Virus record (IMG/VR): IMGVR_UViG_651703075_000001
Coordinates: 1 to 64,000 of that record
Length of the DNA stretch: 64,000 nucleotides
Origin: a virus
Taxonomy: Duplodnaviria > Heunggongvirae > Uroviricota > Caudoviricetes
Direction: 5' to 3' (one strand)
The notes beneath the pieces are model-generated. The model saw only the letters and a program-made list of their open reading frames with translations, was not told the DNA's origin and made no database searches. This document shows, one piece after another, positions 46,078 through 54,373 of the stretch. Each line of letters begins with the position of its first letter. The stretch's first letter is position 1. The position numbers and the translations under genes were made by a program.

Positions 46078-46244
46078 TGTACGAGATTCAGTTGATCAAC
46101 GACTGCAACGGTTGCACTGCTACTCTACAGGTTGCCGATGAAGAGGCAGCTCTGGATTTGATGGAGGAGATGGAGTATGCCTGGACCCGCTATGGCAGTG
46201 ATTGGATGCCGTCTTGGTTAGGGTTTAATCCGAAACTCTCTTGA
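46077..46244 (+). CDS. hypothetical small acidic protein
   Basis: 55 aa, TGATG overlap, stop overlaps the -35 of next promoter. Confidence 0.35.
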   Translation: MYEIQLINDCNGCTATLQVADEEAALDLMEEMEYAWTRYGSDWMPSWLGFNPKLS

Positions 46245-46269
46245 CAACACCGGAGGGCTCTTATACACT
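46241..46269 (+). promoter_or_regulatory. sigma70-like promoter TTGACA-N17-TACACT
   Basis: consensus -35, 17-nt spacer, upstream of 46297 gene. Confidence 0.5.
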
Positions 46270-46296
46270 GAGCCCTCAACCACCTTTGGAGGATTT

Positions 46297-46794
46297 ATGA
46301 ACACTGCTCAAACCATCGCAGACATCCTGATTCACCTCGCTGACCGTCTGTACACTCAGAAGGGTCGATGCCTCATCGACGGGCGCTGCAACTATGTAGA
46401 TGGCCAGGGAAATCACTGTGCTGTTGGGCACCTCCTAAGCTCCCAGTCGTGGGAGTTCGCTTCCAAGTGCCACGGCGGCGTGCCATCCCTGGAGAACGAC
46501 TGGGCGCGGCGTAAAGATGGAAGTGTGGAGACTCTCTATGACGAGAAGTTCTTCATCGCAGACATCGGTGTTCGCCGCCGTCTGTTGGACTCTTTGCAGT
46601 TCTACCATGATGAGCCGTCTATGTACTGGACAGTGGCTAAAAGCCCGTCATTCTCAAAGGTAAGCCTCCTGTTGTCTATGGTGGATTTCCTGAACACTCA
46701 AGGCCTGGACTTTGTTGAGCGCCCCCAATCTAGTGTTAAGGGTTTCTGGTCGGAAGCTAAAGGAATTCTTCGCAATCGGGGGTACCACGTATGA
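46297..46794 (+). CDS. hypothetical protein
   Basis: 165 aa, RBS tttggagga. Confidence 0.5.
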   Translation: MNTAQTIADILIHLADRLYTQKGRCLIDGRCNYVDGQGNHCAVGHLLSSQSWEFASKCHGGVPSLENDWARRKDGSVETLYDEKFFIADIGVRRRLLDSLQFYHDEPSMYWTVAKSPSFSKVSLLLSMVDFLNTQGLDFVERPQSSVKGFWSEAKGILRNRGYHV

Positions 46795-47270
46795 ACAAGG
46801 CTCTCCTTCTGAAAGACCAGTTGGCAGCAGCCCTACGATGTGAAGACCATACCCTGCAAGGTGTTGTCAGTTCTATCGTGTTCGGCCCTACCCAGGGGCT
46901 TGATCATAACGGTATTGCGATCCGTGGGCCGGGGCTTCTAAGTGATCACCGGGAACTGGTACAGCGAGCCGACAGGGTATGGATGAACATCGCCTACCGT
47001 CGAGAAGGTTTGCTAGTCAACATGAATGGCTTTACCCGGTCTGTGGTAGATGTGTTTATTCTCAAAGACAGGTATCACGGGCTGACAGGGTTGAGGTCCG
47101 TGGGTGTGGGTGAGGGATGGGCAAATGCCCTGGCCATCGACTGTGCCCTGCTGAAGAAGCAGTTCGAAGTTATTGTCGAAATCCCTTACCAGTACGAGGG
47201 GTGGGCAACCGACCTGGTACGGGCAGGTGAGATTCCTGAAGGTGTGACCATCATGTCCTCGGGGGTGTAG
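46791..47270 (+). CDS. hypothetical protein
   Basis: 159 aa, ATGA overlap. Confidence 0.5.
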   Translation: MNKALLLKDQLAAALRCEDHTLQGVVSSIVFGPTQGLDHNGIAIRGPGLLSDHRELVQRADRVWMNIAYRREGLLVNMNGFTRSVVDVFILKDRYHGLTGLRSVGVGEGWANALAIDCALLKKQFEVIVEIPYQYEGWATDLVRAGEIPEGVTIMSSGV

Positions 47271-47345
47271 ATATTTGAGGGGCTGGGGATATTTGCTCTA
47301 GATATTTGGGTGGCCCCCTATTTCGAGCTAGATATTTGAAGGGGC
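47268..47345 (+). repeat. direct repeats CTAGATATTTG(A/G)(A/G)GGG x3 (plus partial GATATTTG copy), ~30-nt period
   Basis: copies at ~47268, 47298, 47328 in intergenic DNA. Confidence 0.7.
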
Positions 47346-47440
47346 CTCCCAGCCTCGCTATCACATTTTAAGCCGGCCCCTGACTCACGGCCTAGGTTAG
47401 GGGAGAAATCGTCTCCTAGGCCCATCAGAGGAGCTTACAA

Positions 47441-47653
47441 GTGCATATCAACATCACGCTTACAGTCGGTCCTGAGATTCGTTGTAAGAAGTGCGACTCC
47501 CCCACCCCTGCCCGGGATATCGTAGAAGGCCTCTGCCCTTCCTGCCGGACACTCAAGGCCTGGGAGGCGCTTGGGCAGGCTGCTCAAGAGCTGTGGGCTT
47601 CCACTTTCAAGAGCGTCAAGATCGATTCCGTTCGGCTTGAGCAAGGTACCTGA
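47441..47653 (+). CDS. small Zn-ribbon protein (candidate DNA-binding regulator)
   Basis: 70 aa from GTG with RBS gaggag; CKKC...CPSC; flanked on both sides by direct-repeat arrays. Confidence 0.4.
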   Translation: MHINITLTVGPEIRCKKCDSPTPARDIVEGLCPSCRTLKAWEALGQAAQELWASTFKSVKIDSVRLEQGT

Positions 47654-47730
47654 CAGATTTTCACAGCCGGGCGTAAGGTACTCGACAGATTTTCACCGAG
47701 CGCCCAAGGTACTCGACAGATTTTTACAGA
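47644..47730 (+). repeat. direct repeats AAGGTACYYGACAGATTTT(T)YACMG x3, 31-nt period
   Basis: three 24-nt copies starting at ~47644, 47675, 47706. Confidence 0.75.
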
Positions 47731-47790
47731 GACAGGTATCAAAAGAACTGTCAAGTTTCCCTCCCCAGGCGGCCCGACCCCTCGGCCTCT

Positions 47791-47830
47791 TGTAGCACGT
47801 CAACTCCCCGCTGTAGCACGTCACTTCCCC
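47791..47830 (+). repeat. direct repeat TGTAGCACGTCA(A/C)(C/T)TCCCC x2
   Basis: two 19-nt copies 21 nt apart in the same non-coding region. Confidence 0.65.
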
Positions 47831-48098
47831 GGTAAGTAGCTCCCTATCTATCCCTCCCTCACCGAAACTACCTTTCACATGCAATCTCCATGCCAACCTT
47901 GAAAAGCGCGCAGGGGCGGTGTTTGTCTCCGGCGCCCGGCCCCTCCGGCCTGCTTTCCCGCATGCCTCCAGAATGCCAGGATGAGCCTGGAGTGTCAAGC
48001 CTTGTGCCAGGATTTTTCATCGCCGACCTGGCATGTTCCTTGCTACGCTTGCGCGTTCCTCTACCTGGCGTTGCCAGAGCAATTTCTTAAAAAGGGGG

Positions 48099-48126
48099 TT
48101 GACTTCTAACCGTGCCACCGTAGAAT
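48099..48126 (+). promoter_or_regulatory. early promoter TTGACT-N16-TAGAATGACC
   Basis: member of the TAGAATGGCC promoter family with conserved CAAGCAAGGCAAAC leader. Confidence 0.55.
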
Positions 48127-48165
48127 GACCCTCAAGCAAGGCAAACAACCTGTAGGAAGGTAACC

Positions 48166-48435
48166 ATGCAAAAAGCTCTCTGCAATCAACGTGACCTGTA
48201 CGCTGCCTATAACCGTGGTGAGTATGACCGCGTGGCCGTAGACCTGAATCGGTACTTCCCCATTGAGCGGGATAATCAGTGGGAAGATGGAGATGCGAAC
48301 CTGCGTCGTCGCACCTATCTGGTGAAGCACTCGAAGGGCGTGGCCAGGTGGCACACTCTCTATCGTAATGGTCAGGTTCACGGCGTCGGCGTTATCTTCG
48401 ACGTAAAGCCGGACGAACCCTTCCGAACTGCCTGA
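48166..48435 (+). CDS. hypothetical protein
   Basis: 89 aa, RBS ggaaggtaacc. Confidence 0.45.
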   Translation: MQKALCNQRDLYAAYNRGEYDRVAVDLNRYFPIERDNQWEDGDANLRRRTYLVKHSKGVARWHTLYRNGQVHGVGVIFDVKPDEPFRTA

Positions 48436-48446
48436 GGAGAGACAAG

Positions 48447-48680
48447 ATGCCTGTCAAAATAGGGGATATAGTAGCCATCCGGGGCGACCTTCGGAAAAAG
48501 CTCGACGGAACGTGTCAGTACCTGCCCGAACAGTTGGTAGGTGGTAAGTTCCTCAAGCATGCCGGCACGGGAGAAATATGGACTGGCCGAGTGAGTAAGA
48601 TACGAGGTGATATGGCCAAGGTGGGAGGTGCATGGCGCGGGATCGAATTCTATGTTCCGGTTGACGAAATAAACGCTTGA
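48447..48680 (+). CDS. hypothetical protein
   Basis: 77 aa, RBS tgaggagag. Confidence 0.45.
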   Translation: MPVKIGDIVAIRGDLRKKLDGTCQYLPEQLVGGKFLKHAGTGEIWTGRVSKIRGDMAKVGGAWRGIEFYVPVDEINA

Positions 48681-48706
48681 CAACCTGATGCACTAGCAGC
48701 ACAATA
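48677..48706 (+). promoter_or_regulatory. promoter TTGACA-N17-CACAAT
   Basis: -35 overlaps stop of upstream gene. Confidence 0.45.
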
Positions 48707-48738
48707 GCACCCACAAACCCCGACAGAGGTAACACACG

Positions 48739-48942
48739 ATGCAAATTCATTTCTCCTCCCGTACCGCAGCCCGTGCTTTCGTGAAGGGCTCTTCCGTTCC
48801 TCGCCAGGTAACCGATAACGGCGCGGAAGCTTCCCGCCGCTGGGGAGTCAAGCTGAATATCTCCCCCAGCGTCCGAGTGCTGGGCTGCGAATACCTCGCC
48901 TTTGGCAAGGCTGGCAATGCGGTGCCTGTATACGTCAAGTAA
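48739..48942 (+). CDS. hypothetical protein
   Basis: 67 aa. Confidence 0.4.
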   Translation: MQIHFSSRTAARAFVKGSSVPRQVTDNGAEASRRWGVKLNISPSVRVLGCEYLAFGKAGNAVPVYVK

Positions 48943-49017
48943 CAGCAGAGTGCTTTTAGGGCTGCCCCTGGACGCCGGGGGCAGCTTGCCTAAATCCACT
49001 CCGTAGGAGATAACACG

Positions 49018-49566
49018 ATGAACACTGTTCAAAAAACCGTCCTGGCTTTCGTTCTGACCACTCCCCTGTCCCTGGCTGCTGGCGCCATGATCGGCAAGGC
49101 CGTTGCCCTCCCTCCCGCACTGAAAGCTCAAGCTGTCAGCCTGGAGATGGCGCATGCCAAGGACCTGGCAGACAATTACGTTCCCAAAATGAACATCATC
49201 CATACCGCTACAGGTGCTATCGAGCTGGGCCAGGTGTACGGGGACCGCCTGGCGGGCGAGGTTAAAATGATCGTTAAGGGCAAAGTGCTGGCCAGTACGC
49301 ACATTAACGGTCGCAGCGTTCAGCAAGCCCTGGAGGAGGCAGCAGGTGGCACTATCGAAGATCGCGTGCTGAATAAGGATGTCACTTTCCGAATCACCAT
49401 GGATCGCCTGTACCAGTCCGAAAACTTCCCGCAGTTCACAGTAGTGATGCTGAACTCCTCTGTCTATGGCAAAGACGGTGACAGCCTAACCGCACTGGCT
49501 GCCCGCCTGGAAAAACAGCGCCTGGCCACGGTGAAGTTGTTCGAAGAAACCCGAATCCTGAAATAA
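49018..49566 (+). CDS. secreted/periplasmic protein
   Basis: 182 aa; N-terminal signal peptide KTVLAFVLTTPLSLAAGAMIG. Confidence 0.5.
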   Translation: MNTVQKTVLAFVLTTPLSLAAGAMIGKAVALPPALKAQAVSLEMAHAKDLADNYVPKMNIIHTATGAIELGQVYGDRLAGEVKMIVKGKVLASTHINGRSVQQALEEAAGGTIEDRVLNKDVTFRITMDRLYQSENFPQFTVVMLNSSVYGKDGDSLTALAARLEKQRLATVKLFEETRILK

Positions 49567-49570
49567 AGTG

Positions 49571-49598
49571 TTGACACGGCATCTCGTGTCTGTAGAAT
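49571..49598 (+). promoter_or_regulatory. early promoter TTGACA-N16-TAGAATAGGC
   Basis: family consensus. Confidence 0.55.
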
Positions 49599-49646
49599 AG
49601 GCATCACAGAGGGGGACGGTCCCCCTCCTCCTAAAAGGATATCAGC

Positions 49647-50045
49647 ATGACCACTCTCGACCCTAAAGAACTGGCACGTCAAGGCATGATCAAGGAAGCT
49701 GTTCAAGCTTTCAAAGATATGGGCGTAGATTCTCCCTGGAATGCCGAGAATGTGGCAACATTCCGAAACTACGATGTCACCCTGGGCGAGGTGGACTTGT
49801 CCGAAGAGGAGTTCGTGGAAGAGTTGGATTCCATCCACGAAGGGGTTAAGATAGCCAACATCTCTTTCTCTGCCGGCCAAGTGCTGCTAAAAATGGACCC
49901 CATAGCTTTCCGTTGCGCATGCGGGGAGTATGAGTCTCAATTGACCGAGGAGTTGGAGGAGGCGCTGCGAGTCGAAGACGACGATTGTATCGAATTCTTC
50001 ATCGACCCCATCGATTGGGAAGCGGTTGAAGAAGAGGAAGAATAA
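49647..50045 (+). CDS. highly acidic protein (candidate DNA mimic / anti-restriction-like)
   Basis: 132 aa, Asp/Glu-rich throughout, C-terminal EEEEE. Confidence 0.45.
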   Translation: MTTLDPKELARQGMIKEAVQAFKDMGVDSPWNAENVATFRNYDVTLGEVDLSEEEFVEELDSIHEGVKIANISFSAGQVLLKMDPIAFRCACGEYESQLTEELEEALRVEDDDCIEFFIDPIDWEAVEEEEE

Positions 50046-50048
50046 GGG

Positions 50049-50077
50049 TTGACAAGGGGCCAGGAAACTCATAAACT
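50049..50077 (+). promoter_or_regulatory. promoter TTGACA-N17-TAAACT
   Basis: consensus -35, 17-nt spacer. Confidence 0.45.
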
Positions 50078-50111
50078 GGCCCCAACACCAACGCACTGAG
50101 GGTAACACAAC

Positions 50112-50501
50112 ATGGTCAAGTTCGAAGAGATTGCACAACGTTTCAAGAATTCCCAACGCCGCTGGGACAAGCCAGGCGTCATGGCTGCCATGCAAGAGGC
50201 TGTCAATAACGCTCCCGTCAAGGTAGTGGTAGAGTCCACCAGCAAGGCGCTCAAGCCCGACACCCCTACCGTTCGGATCATCGTCCGGGAGTGGATCAAA
50301 GCTCGGCTCGGCGAGGAGTTCACAGTGTACGATATCATCCCCTACGTCCACCACCTGGCCACCCCTAGTGATGTGAACAACGCCCTCAAGCACTGGAAAC
50401 TGCAAGGCGTGCAAATCCCGACCATTCGCCAGCAGCAGAGGGAAGCGGGGAAAGCTGGCCGCCCGATCAATGTGTATCGTTGCGATGAGTTCGCAGCCTA
50501 A
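50112..50501 (+). CDS. hypothetical protein
   Basis: 129 aa, RBS gagggtaacac. Confidence 0.5.
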   Translation: MVKFEEIAQRFKNSQRRWDKPGVMAAMQEAVNNAPVKVVVESTSKALKPDTPTVRIIVREWIKARLGEEFTVYDIIPYVHHLATPSDVNNALKHWKLQGVQIPTIRQQQREAGKAGRPINVYRCDEFAA

Positions 50502-50525
50502 CCTTTCACTCTGAGGAGATATATC

Positions 50526-50639
50526 ATGCGTACTGACAAATCCGGCGCCCGTTCCGAACGTAAAGAAGCCATCAAGGCGAGCCGTGAGCTTCGCAACCTG
50601 CGAAAGAACAAGCGTAACCAGTGGGTCAGCAAGGACTAA
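50526..50639 (+). CDS. hypothetical small basic protein
   Basis: 37 aa, Arg/Lys-rich, RBS tgaggagat. Confidence 0.3.
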   Translation: MRTDKSGARSERKEAIKASRELRNLRKNKRNQWVSKD

Positions 50640-50663
50640 CCTGGCGCCTGGGGCGCCTTCCCT

Positions 50664-50690
50664 AAACCCTGGACATTCTCCAGGGTTTAC
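50664..50690 (+). terminator. hairpin (AAACCCTGGA-CATTC-TCCAGGGTTT)
   Basis: 10-bp perfect stem; weak T tract. Confidence 0.3.
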
Positions 50691-50739
50691 GAAAGATGCT
50701 CTAGATGTTACCCTGCAACCCCACATTTGAGGTTTAATC

Positions 50740-50874
50740 ATGGTCATTGAATGTCATCCTGGACCCGTAGAGTATTGCTTTTCCCTGGCGCTGTGCCTGG
50801 CTAAGGCGGGGGTTAAAGTGAAACTGTTCCGAACCGGTAAAGAGTGGGGAGTGATTCCGTGCCGAGACGTTTAA
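50740..50874 (+). CDS. hypothetical small protein
   Basis: 44 aa, RBS tgagg. Confidence 0.25.
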   Translation: MVIECHPGPVEYCFSLALCLAKAGVKVKLFRTGKEWGVIPCRDV

Positions 50875-51251
50875 GAGCCATTCCGACCTGGGTATCTGGG
50901 GGAGATGAAGAAGACACCCCGCGCAAGCCTGTCCTTTCCGTGATAGACCGGGCTTGCCCTATTCAGCGGAAGTTAAATGCCCTGGACCGAGATTGCGAGG
51001 AGTTACGGCGCAAGCAAGACACCCTAGAGCCTGCCACTTTTGACCAACTGGCCAATAGCCTGGAAGAGCGCCGGCAAGCCTTGTGGAAGGCCTTCGAATC
51101 CAAGTATGGCGCAGAGCCTGAGGGGGACAGCCACGACACTATCAAGGCTTTGGCCGATGCCAGTATCCAGCCTGCGCAACATGTGGACATCGGGGCACTG
51201 CTGTTGCTAGGACTGGTGGCGTTACTCTTCGCCGCGTGGCTGTTCAAATAA
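50859..51251 (+). CDS. tail-anchored membrane protein
   Basis: 130 aa from GTG; C-terminal TMD IGALLLLGLVALLFAAWLF. Confidence 0.4.
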   Translation: MPRRLRAIPTWVSGGDEEDTPRKPVLSVIDRACPIQRKLNALDRDCEELRRKQDTLEPATFDQLANSLEERRQALWKAFESKYGAEPEGDSHDTIKALADASIQPAQHVDIGALLLLGLVALLFAAWLFK

Positions 51252-51266
51252 AAGATCAAAAAGGGC

Positions 51267-51295
51267 TTGACGTGCGCAACGGGTGGCCCTAGTAT
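51267..51295 (+). promoter_or_regulatory. promoter TTGACG-N17-TAGTAT
   Basis: good -10, 17-nt spacer. Confidence 0.5.
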
Positions 51296-51339
51296 CTCTC
51301 TCAGAAACACAACCCCTTACTTACAAGGTAGATCGAAAC

Positions 51340-51603
51340 ATGAACACCAATGCAAACCCCGCGCAAACCCTTACTCCCGCCGACGCTTTGGAAGCGGTGG
51401 AACTTCTGATGATCCTGGGAATCGAGGCGTACCAGTCCGGTGCATGGTTGAATGAAAGTGATTCAACTGTTCAGGTTACTGACAGCGCTATTGCGTTGTG
51501 GAGCAGCACTCTTAACCGCTACAAGCTGCTGGACCTGGCACGGACGTTTGCTGAAGAAGCCAGCTTGTTAGAACTTCAAATCAAAGCCCGGGAGGTTTGC
51601 TAA
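51340..51603 (+). CDS. hypothetical protein
   Basis: 87 aa from ATG with RBS aaggtag; track ORF start lies inside promoter. Confidence 0.45.
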   Translation: MNTNANPAQTLTPADALEAVELLMILGIEAYQSGAWLNESDSTVQVTDSAIALWSSTLNRYKLLDLARTFAEEASLLELQIKAREVC

Positions 51604-51839
51604 TGATCAGTCTCGTTCTCACTCTCTGCACTGCCCTGGCATGTGATGATTATGTGATCGCGCAAGACAGCGATGCTGACATCATCAATCACACCCTGTA
51701 CGTTGAATCTGAAGAGTTAGGCGATGCCTGGGTGGCCCCTAACGCCAACGACCGCATTGGCCGCTACCTGGCACGGTTCAACATCTCCACTCCCCCGGCT
51801 ATGGTAGTGGACTACGACTACACTGTGGAGGGTAACTGA
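51603..51839 (+). CDS. small secreted/lipoprotein-like protein
   Basis: 78 aa, RBS ggagg, N-terminal ISLVLTLCTALAC signal with Cys. Confidence 0.45.
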   Translation: MISLVLTLCTALACDDYVIAQDSDADIINHTLYVESEELGDAWVAPNANDRIGRYLARFNISTPPAMVVDYDYTVEGN

Positions 51840-51840
51840 A

Positions 51841-52119
51841 ATGCATTGGAACATTCTCGACGATGTACGCGCCAGCCTGGCAATGGTTTTCCTGTTCGAA
51901 GCGGTCCATGATGTGGCTGCCTGGACCCTGCTAGGCCATAAGCATGGCTTTGCCATTGAAGACGTGGCCGCCCTGTCCGCCGAGTTCTACCTACCTCTGA
52001 CGGAAGTATTCCAAGCCCTGGAGGAAGCATCTGGCGATGTGGAAGAGGTAAGGGAAACCCTGCAACAGGCCGCCGCAAGTCGATTAGTCGATGACTCCCT
52101 GGACTACTACAGTCGCTAA
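51841..52119 (+). CDS. hypothetical acidic protein
   Basis: 92 aa, RBS ggagggtaac. Confidence 0.45.
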   Translation: MHWNILDDVRASLAMVFLFEAVHDVAAWTLLGHKHGFAIEDVAALSAEFYLPLTEVFQALEEASGDVEEVRETLQQAAASRLVDDSLDYYSR

Positions 52120-52122
52120 CAC

Positions 52123-52151
52123 CAGCCCCGCTCATGCGGGGCTTTTGTTTG
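52123..52151 (+). terminator. rho-independent terminator (AGCCCCGCTCATGCGGGGCT + TTTGTTT)
   Basis: GC hairpin + T tract. Confidence 0.7.
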
Positions 52152-52165
52152 CCTGAAATAAAGTG

Positions 52166-52193
52166 TTGACACTATAGGCCCTTCCTGTAGAAT
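52166..52193 (+). promoter_or_regulatory. early promoter TTGACA-N16-TAGAATGGCC
   Basis: family consensus. Confidence 0.6.
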
Positions 52194-52242
52194 GGCCGCC
52201 ATACACAAGGAAAATGTTCCACAACATCCTCTGGAGATAATC

Positions 52243-52479
52243 ATGCGTTCGATCAAATCCCTCGCACGAGAAGCCTACAAAAACCGCTATGCGTTTGCAC
52301 GTGTAACCGTTGCCCGTGATGGAAATATGCTCGGGCATTGGGCTGAGGAGGGTTTTGACCCGGTGAAGCTGGGGAACATCCACGATTGTTCCACCACGGT
52401 GAATCCGAGAAAGACTGGCGTTTGCTTCCGAAACCGTGACTTTCTGGTATTCACTTTCGGGATGGAGGTCCTTAAATAA
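52243..52479 (+). CDS. hypothetical protein
   Basis: 78 aa from ATG with RBS ctggag; track ORF start is inside promoter -10. Confidence 0.45.
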   Translation: MRSIKSLAREAYKNRYAFARVTVARDGNMLGHWAEEGFDPVKLGNIHDCSTTVNPRKTGVCFRNRDFLVFTFGMEVLK

Positions 52480-52557
52480 CCGCTCGCAAATCTCCTTTAC
52501 CAGCCCGGCTGTGCCGGGCTTCACAGTAAAACCGCAGGCAGAGCAGAATCCCGGGGC

Positions 52558-52585
52558 TTGACACCAGCGATAGCCCCGGTAGAAT
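52558..52585 (+). promoter_or_regulatory. early promoter TTGACA-N16-TAGAATAGCC
   Basis: family consensus with CATCAAGCAAGACAAAC leader. Confidence 0.6.
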
Positions 52586-52623
52586 AGCCATCAAGCAAGA
52601 CAAACTCACCTGGAGAAAGCAAA

Positions 52624-53115
52624 ATGACTGGTAGCAACCCTAACATCGACCCGAACACTGTGGCCCTGTTCACTGAGATACGTTTCTACATGGCGCGCGC
52701 CTTCTTTGCCCATGCATTCGCAGATCAAGCTGAAGACGCCGGACAGCCCTTGCAAGGGGAGATTCTCGACCAATTGCCGCAGGGTTGGAGCGCGGATTGG
52801 GCACCCTTCCATGCGGCGGACACTCTTATTGCACAACTGGTCACAGGCGTGAAGGCTGGGTACCGTTCTGAAAAAGTTCAGAAAGCCACCCCTGTAGAGA
52901 TCATCGGTGCCCTGTTCAAGGCTTGCAAGAGTCGTCATGGTGGGCGCGCCTATGACCGTGAAGCGACCGCCGAGAACTTCGGGCATTACCTGGCAATGGG
53001 CGCCATGGGAACGGGGGTAGGTATGGAGTGCTTCGGCCCGGACGTGGCAAAGTATTTCGAAGGGCTGCCCTATGTAGAGTTCGGCTCGCACAGCCTGAGC
53101 AAAGATTATTTCTGA
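52624..53115 (+). CDS. hypothetical protein
   Basis: 163 aa, RBS ctggagaaag. Confidence 0.5.
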   Translation: MTGSNPNIDPNTVALFTEIRFYMARAFFAHAFADQAEDAGQPLQGEILDQLPQGWSADWAPFHAADTLIAQLVTGVKAGYRSEKVQKATPVEIIGALFKACKSRHGGRAYDREATAENFGHYLAMGAMGTGVGMECFGPDVAKYFEGLPYVEFGSHSLSKDYF

Positions 53116-53125
53116 GGAGAACACT

Positions 53126-53485
53126 GTGGCAACTCACAAGGCAATTCGTGACATCCTGTCTGCTGCAACCGCCCTGGCATTTGCCGAGGTTGAACGCCTG
53201 GCGCGGGAAGTGTTCCGGGAAGACCCCAACTGTATGAATTTCTGCATGTCTATGGGTAGTGCATCCTTCTATCGGGAGTGGATCGATTGTAACGATCCGG
53301 ACGGGGATTGGCCCATGAACGAGTACCTGAGAGCCGAGGAAGTTTATGAAATGTCAGGCAGCCAGGCCGCCAAACACCTCGACAGCCTCCTGACAGAGTT
53401 CGGGGAGGCGCTTCGTCTAACTGGCCACCCTCTGAAGTTGACCCGGATGACTGAAGACAGTATCCTTCGACAAACGGACTGGTAA
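53126..53485 (+). CDS. hypothetical protein
   Basis: 119 aa, RBS tgaggagaac. Confidence 0.45.
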   Translation: MATHKAIRDILSAATALAFAEVERLAREVFREDPNCMNFCMSMGSASFYREWIDCNDPDGDWPMNEYLRAEEVYEMSGSQAAKHLDSLLTEFGEALRLTGHPLKLTRMTEDSILRQTDW

Positions 53486-53510
53486 CCACCTACATCGGGA
53501 GTCTCCCTCA

Positions 53511-53978
53511 ATGAAGCAAGTGTCCCCCAAATTCATCATTCACGATTCGCACCTCTACCGTGCTGCCATCCTGCCCAAGGTGGAAAAGGACTCTTTGGGC
53601 AACTGGTACACTGCCCGATATGTCTGGACTAAGGCAGGGATTCCTCTTGCCAGGTTGATCGCGGGAGAAGATCAAAACCCCCTGGAAAGCTTCCTGCTGG
53701 CAGAGGGCGCTGTTATGGACCTTGGCCAGGCCGAGGAGACGACTGTGGAGCCTGCTACTCCCTGGATTGTCTTTGTAGGTGATGATCCGGTAGCAGCCTG
53801 CACTACCAACGCCAGGGCGCATCTCCACATCGCGGAGCAATGGCTAAACGGAAACTCTACCGCCAAGGTGATGCATTGGGATGAAGTCAATCCGGATGTG
53901 CTGGCGCCTATCCTGCGTAAACTGGCTAATCGCGGCATCTACCTGGCGACGGACGGTCAGAACATCGTGACCGTATAA
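53511..53978 (+). CDS. hypothetical protein
   Basis: 155 aa. Confidence 0.45.
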   Translation: MKQVSPKFIIHDSHLYRAAILPKVEKDSLGNWYTARYVWTKAGIPLARLIAGEDQNPLESFLLAEGAVMDLGQAEETTVEPATPWIVFVGDDPVAACTTNARAHLHIAEQWLNGNSTAKVMHWDEVNPDVLAPILRKLANRGIYLATDGQNIVTV

Positions 53979-53980
53979 AG

Positions 53981-54009
53981 TTGACAAGACCCTTTTGGGT
54001 TTGTAAGAT
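53981..54009 (+). promoter_or_regulatory. promoter TTGACA-N17-TAAGAT
   Basis: consensus -35, 17-nt spacer. Confidence 0.5.
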
Positions 54010-54061
54010 GCGTGTCAAAGGGAAGGCATAAAGCCTTCCCGCTTCAGGAAGGTGAACAGGA

Positions 54062-54307
54062 ATGAACATCATTGACCGGACCCAAGGCCACGAGAGTCCC
54101 AATCACTGCTATATCGTCACTGGCAGCATTGGGCCGGAGTTCGAACCCCTTCTTTTCACGTCTAAGAGTCTTGCTGTTCAATACGCCAAGCAAATCATCA
54201 AGCACGGAAAAGCGCACGACGTTTTCCCACCCTTTACGCCTGTTATCGAGACCCGCCACAAGGTGGATATGCACCGGTTCACCGTCCACGACAAAATCCC
54301 TGAATAA
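54062..54307 (+). CDS. hypothetical protein
   Basis: 81 aa, RBS ggaaggtgaac. Confidence 0.45.
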   Translation: MNIIDRTQGHESPNHCYIVTGSIGPEFEPLLFTSKSLAVQYAKQIIKHGKAHDVFPPFTPVIETRHKVDMHRFTVHDKIPE

Positions 54308-54311
54308 AAGC

Positions 54312-54339
54312 TTGACTTCCCTCCCGCTTCCCGTAGAAT
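54312..54339 (+). promoter_or_regulatory. early promoter TTGACT-N16-TAGAATAGGC
   Basis: family consensus. Confidence 0.55.
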
Positions 54340-54373
54340 AGGCTTCAAAGGGCAAGGGCCCTCTTTCATAAAG

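Noticed and set aside
47268-47830. CRISPR array interpretation of the direct repeats
   Set aside because: Only 2-3 copies per repeat type, unequal repeat families, no uniform spacer length and no cas genes. Iterons or operators are the better explanation.
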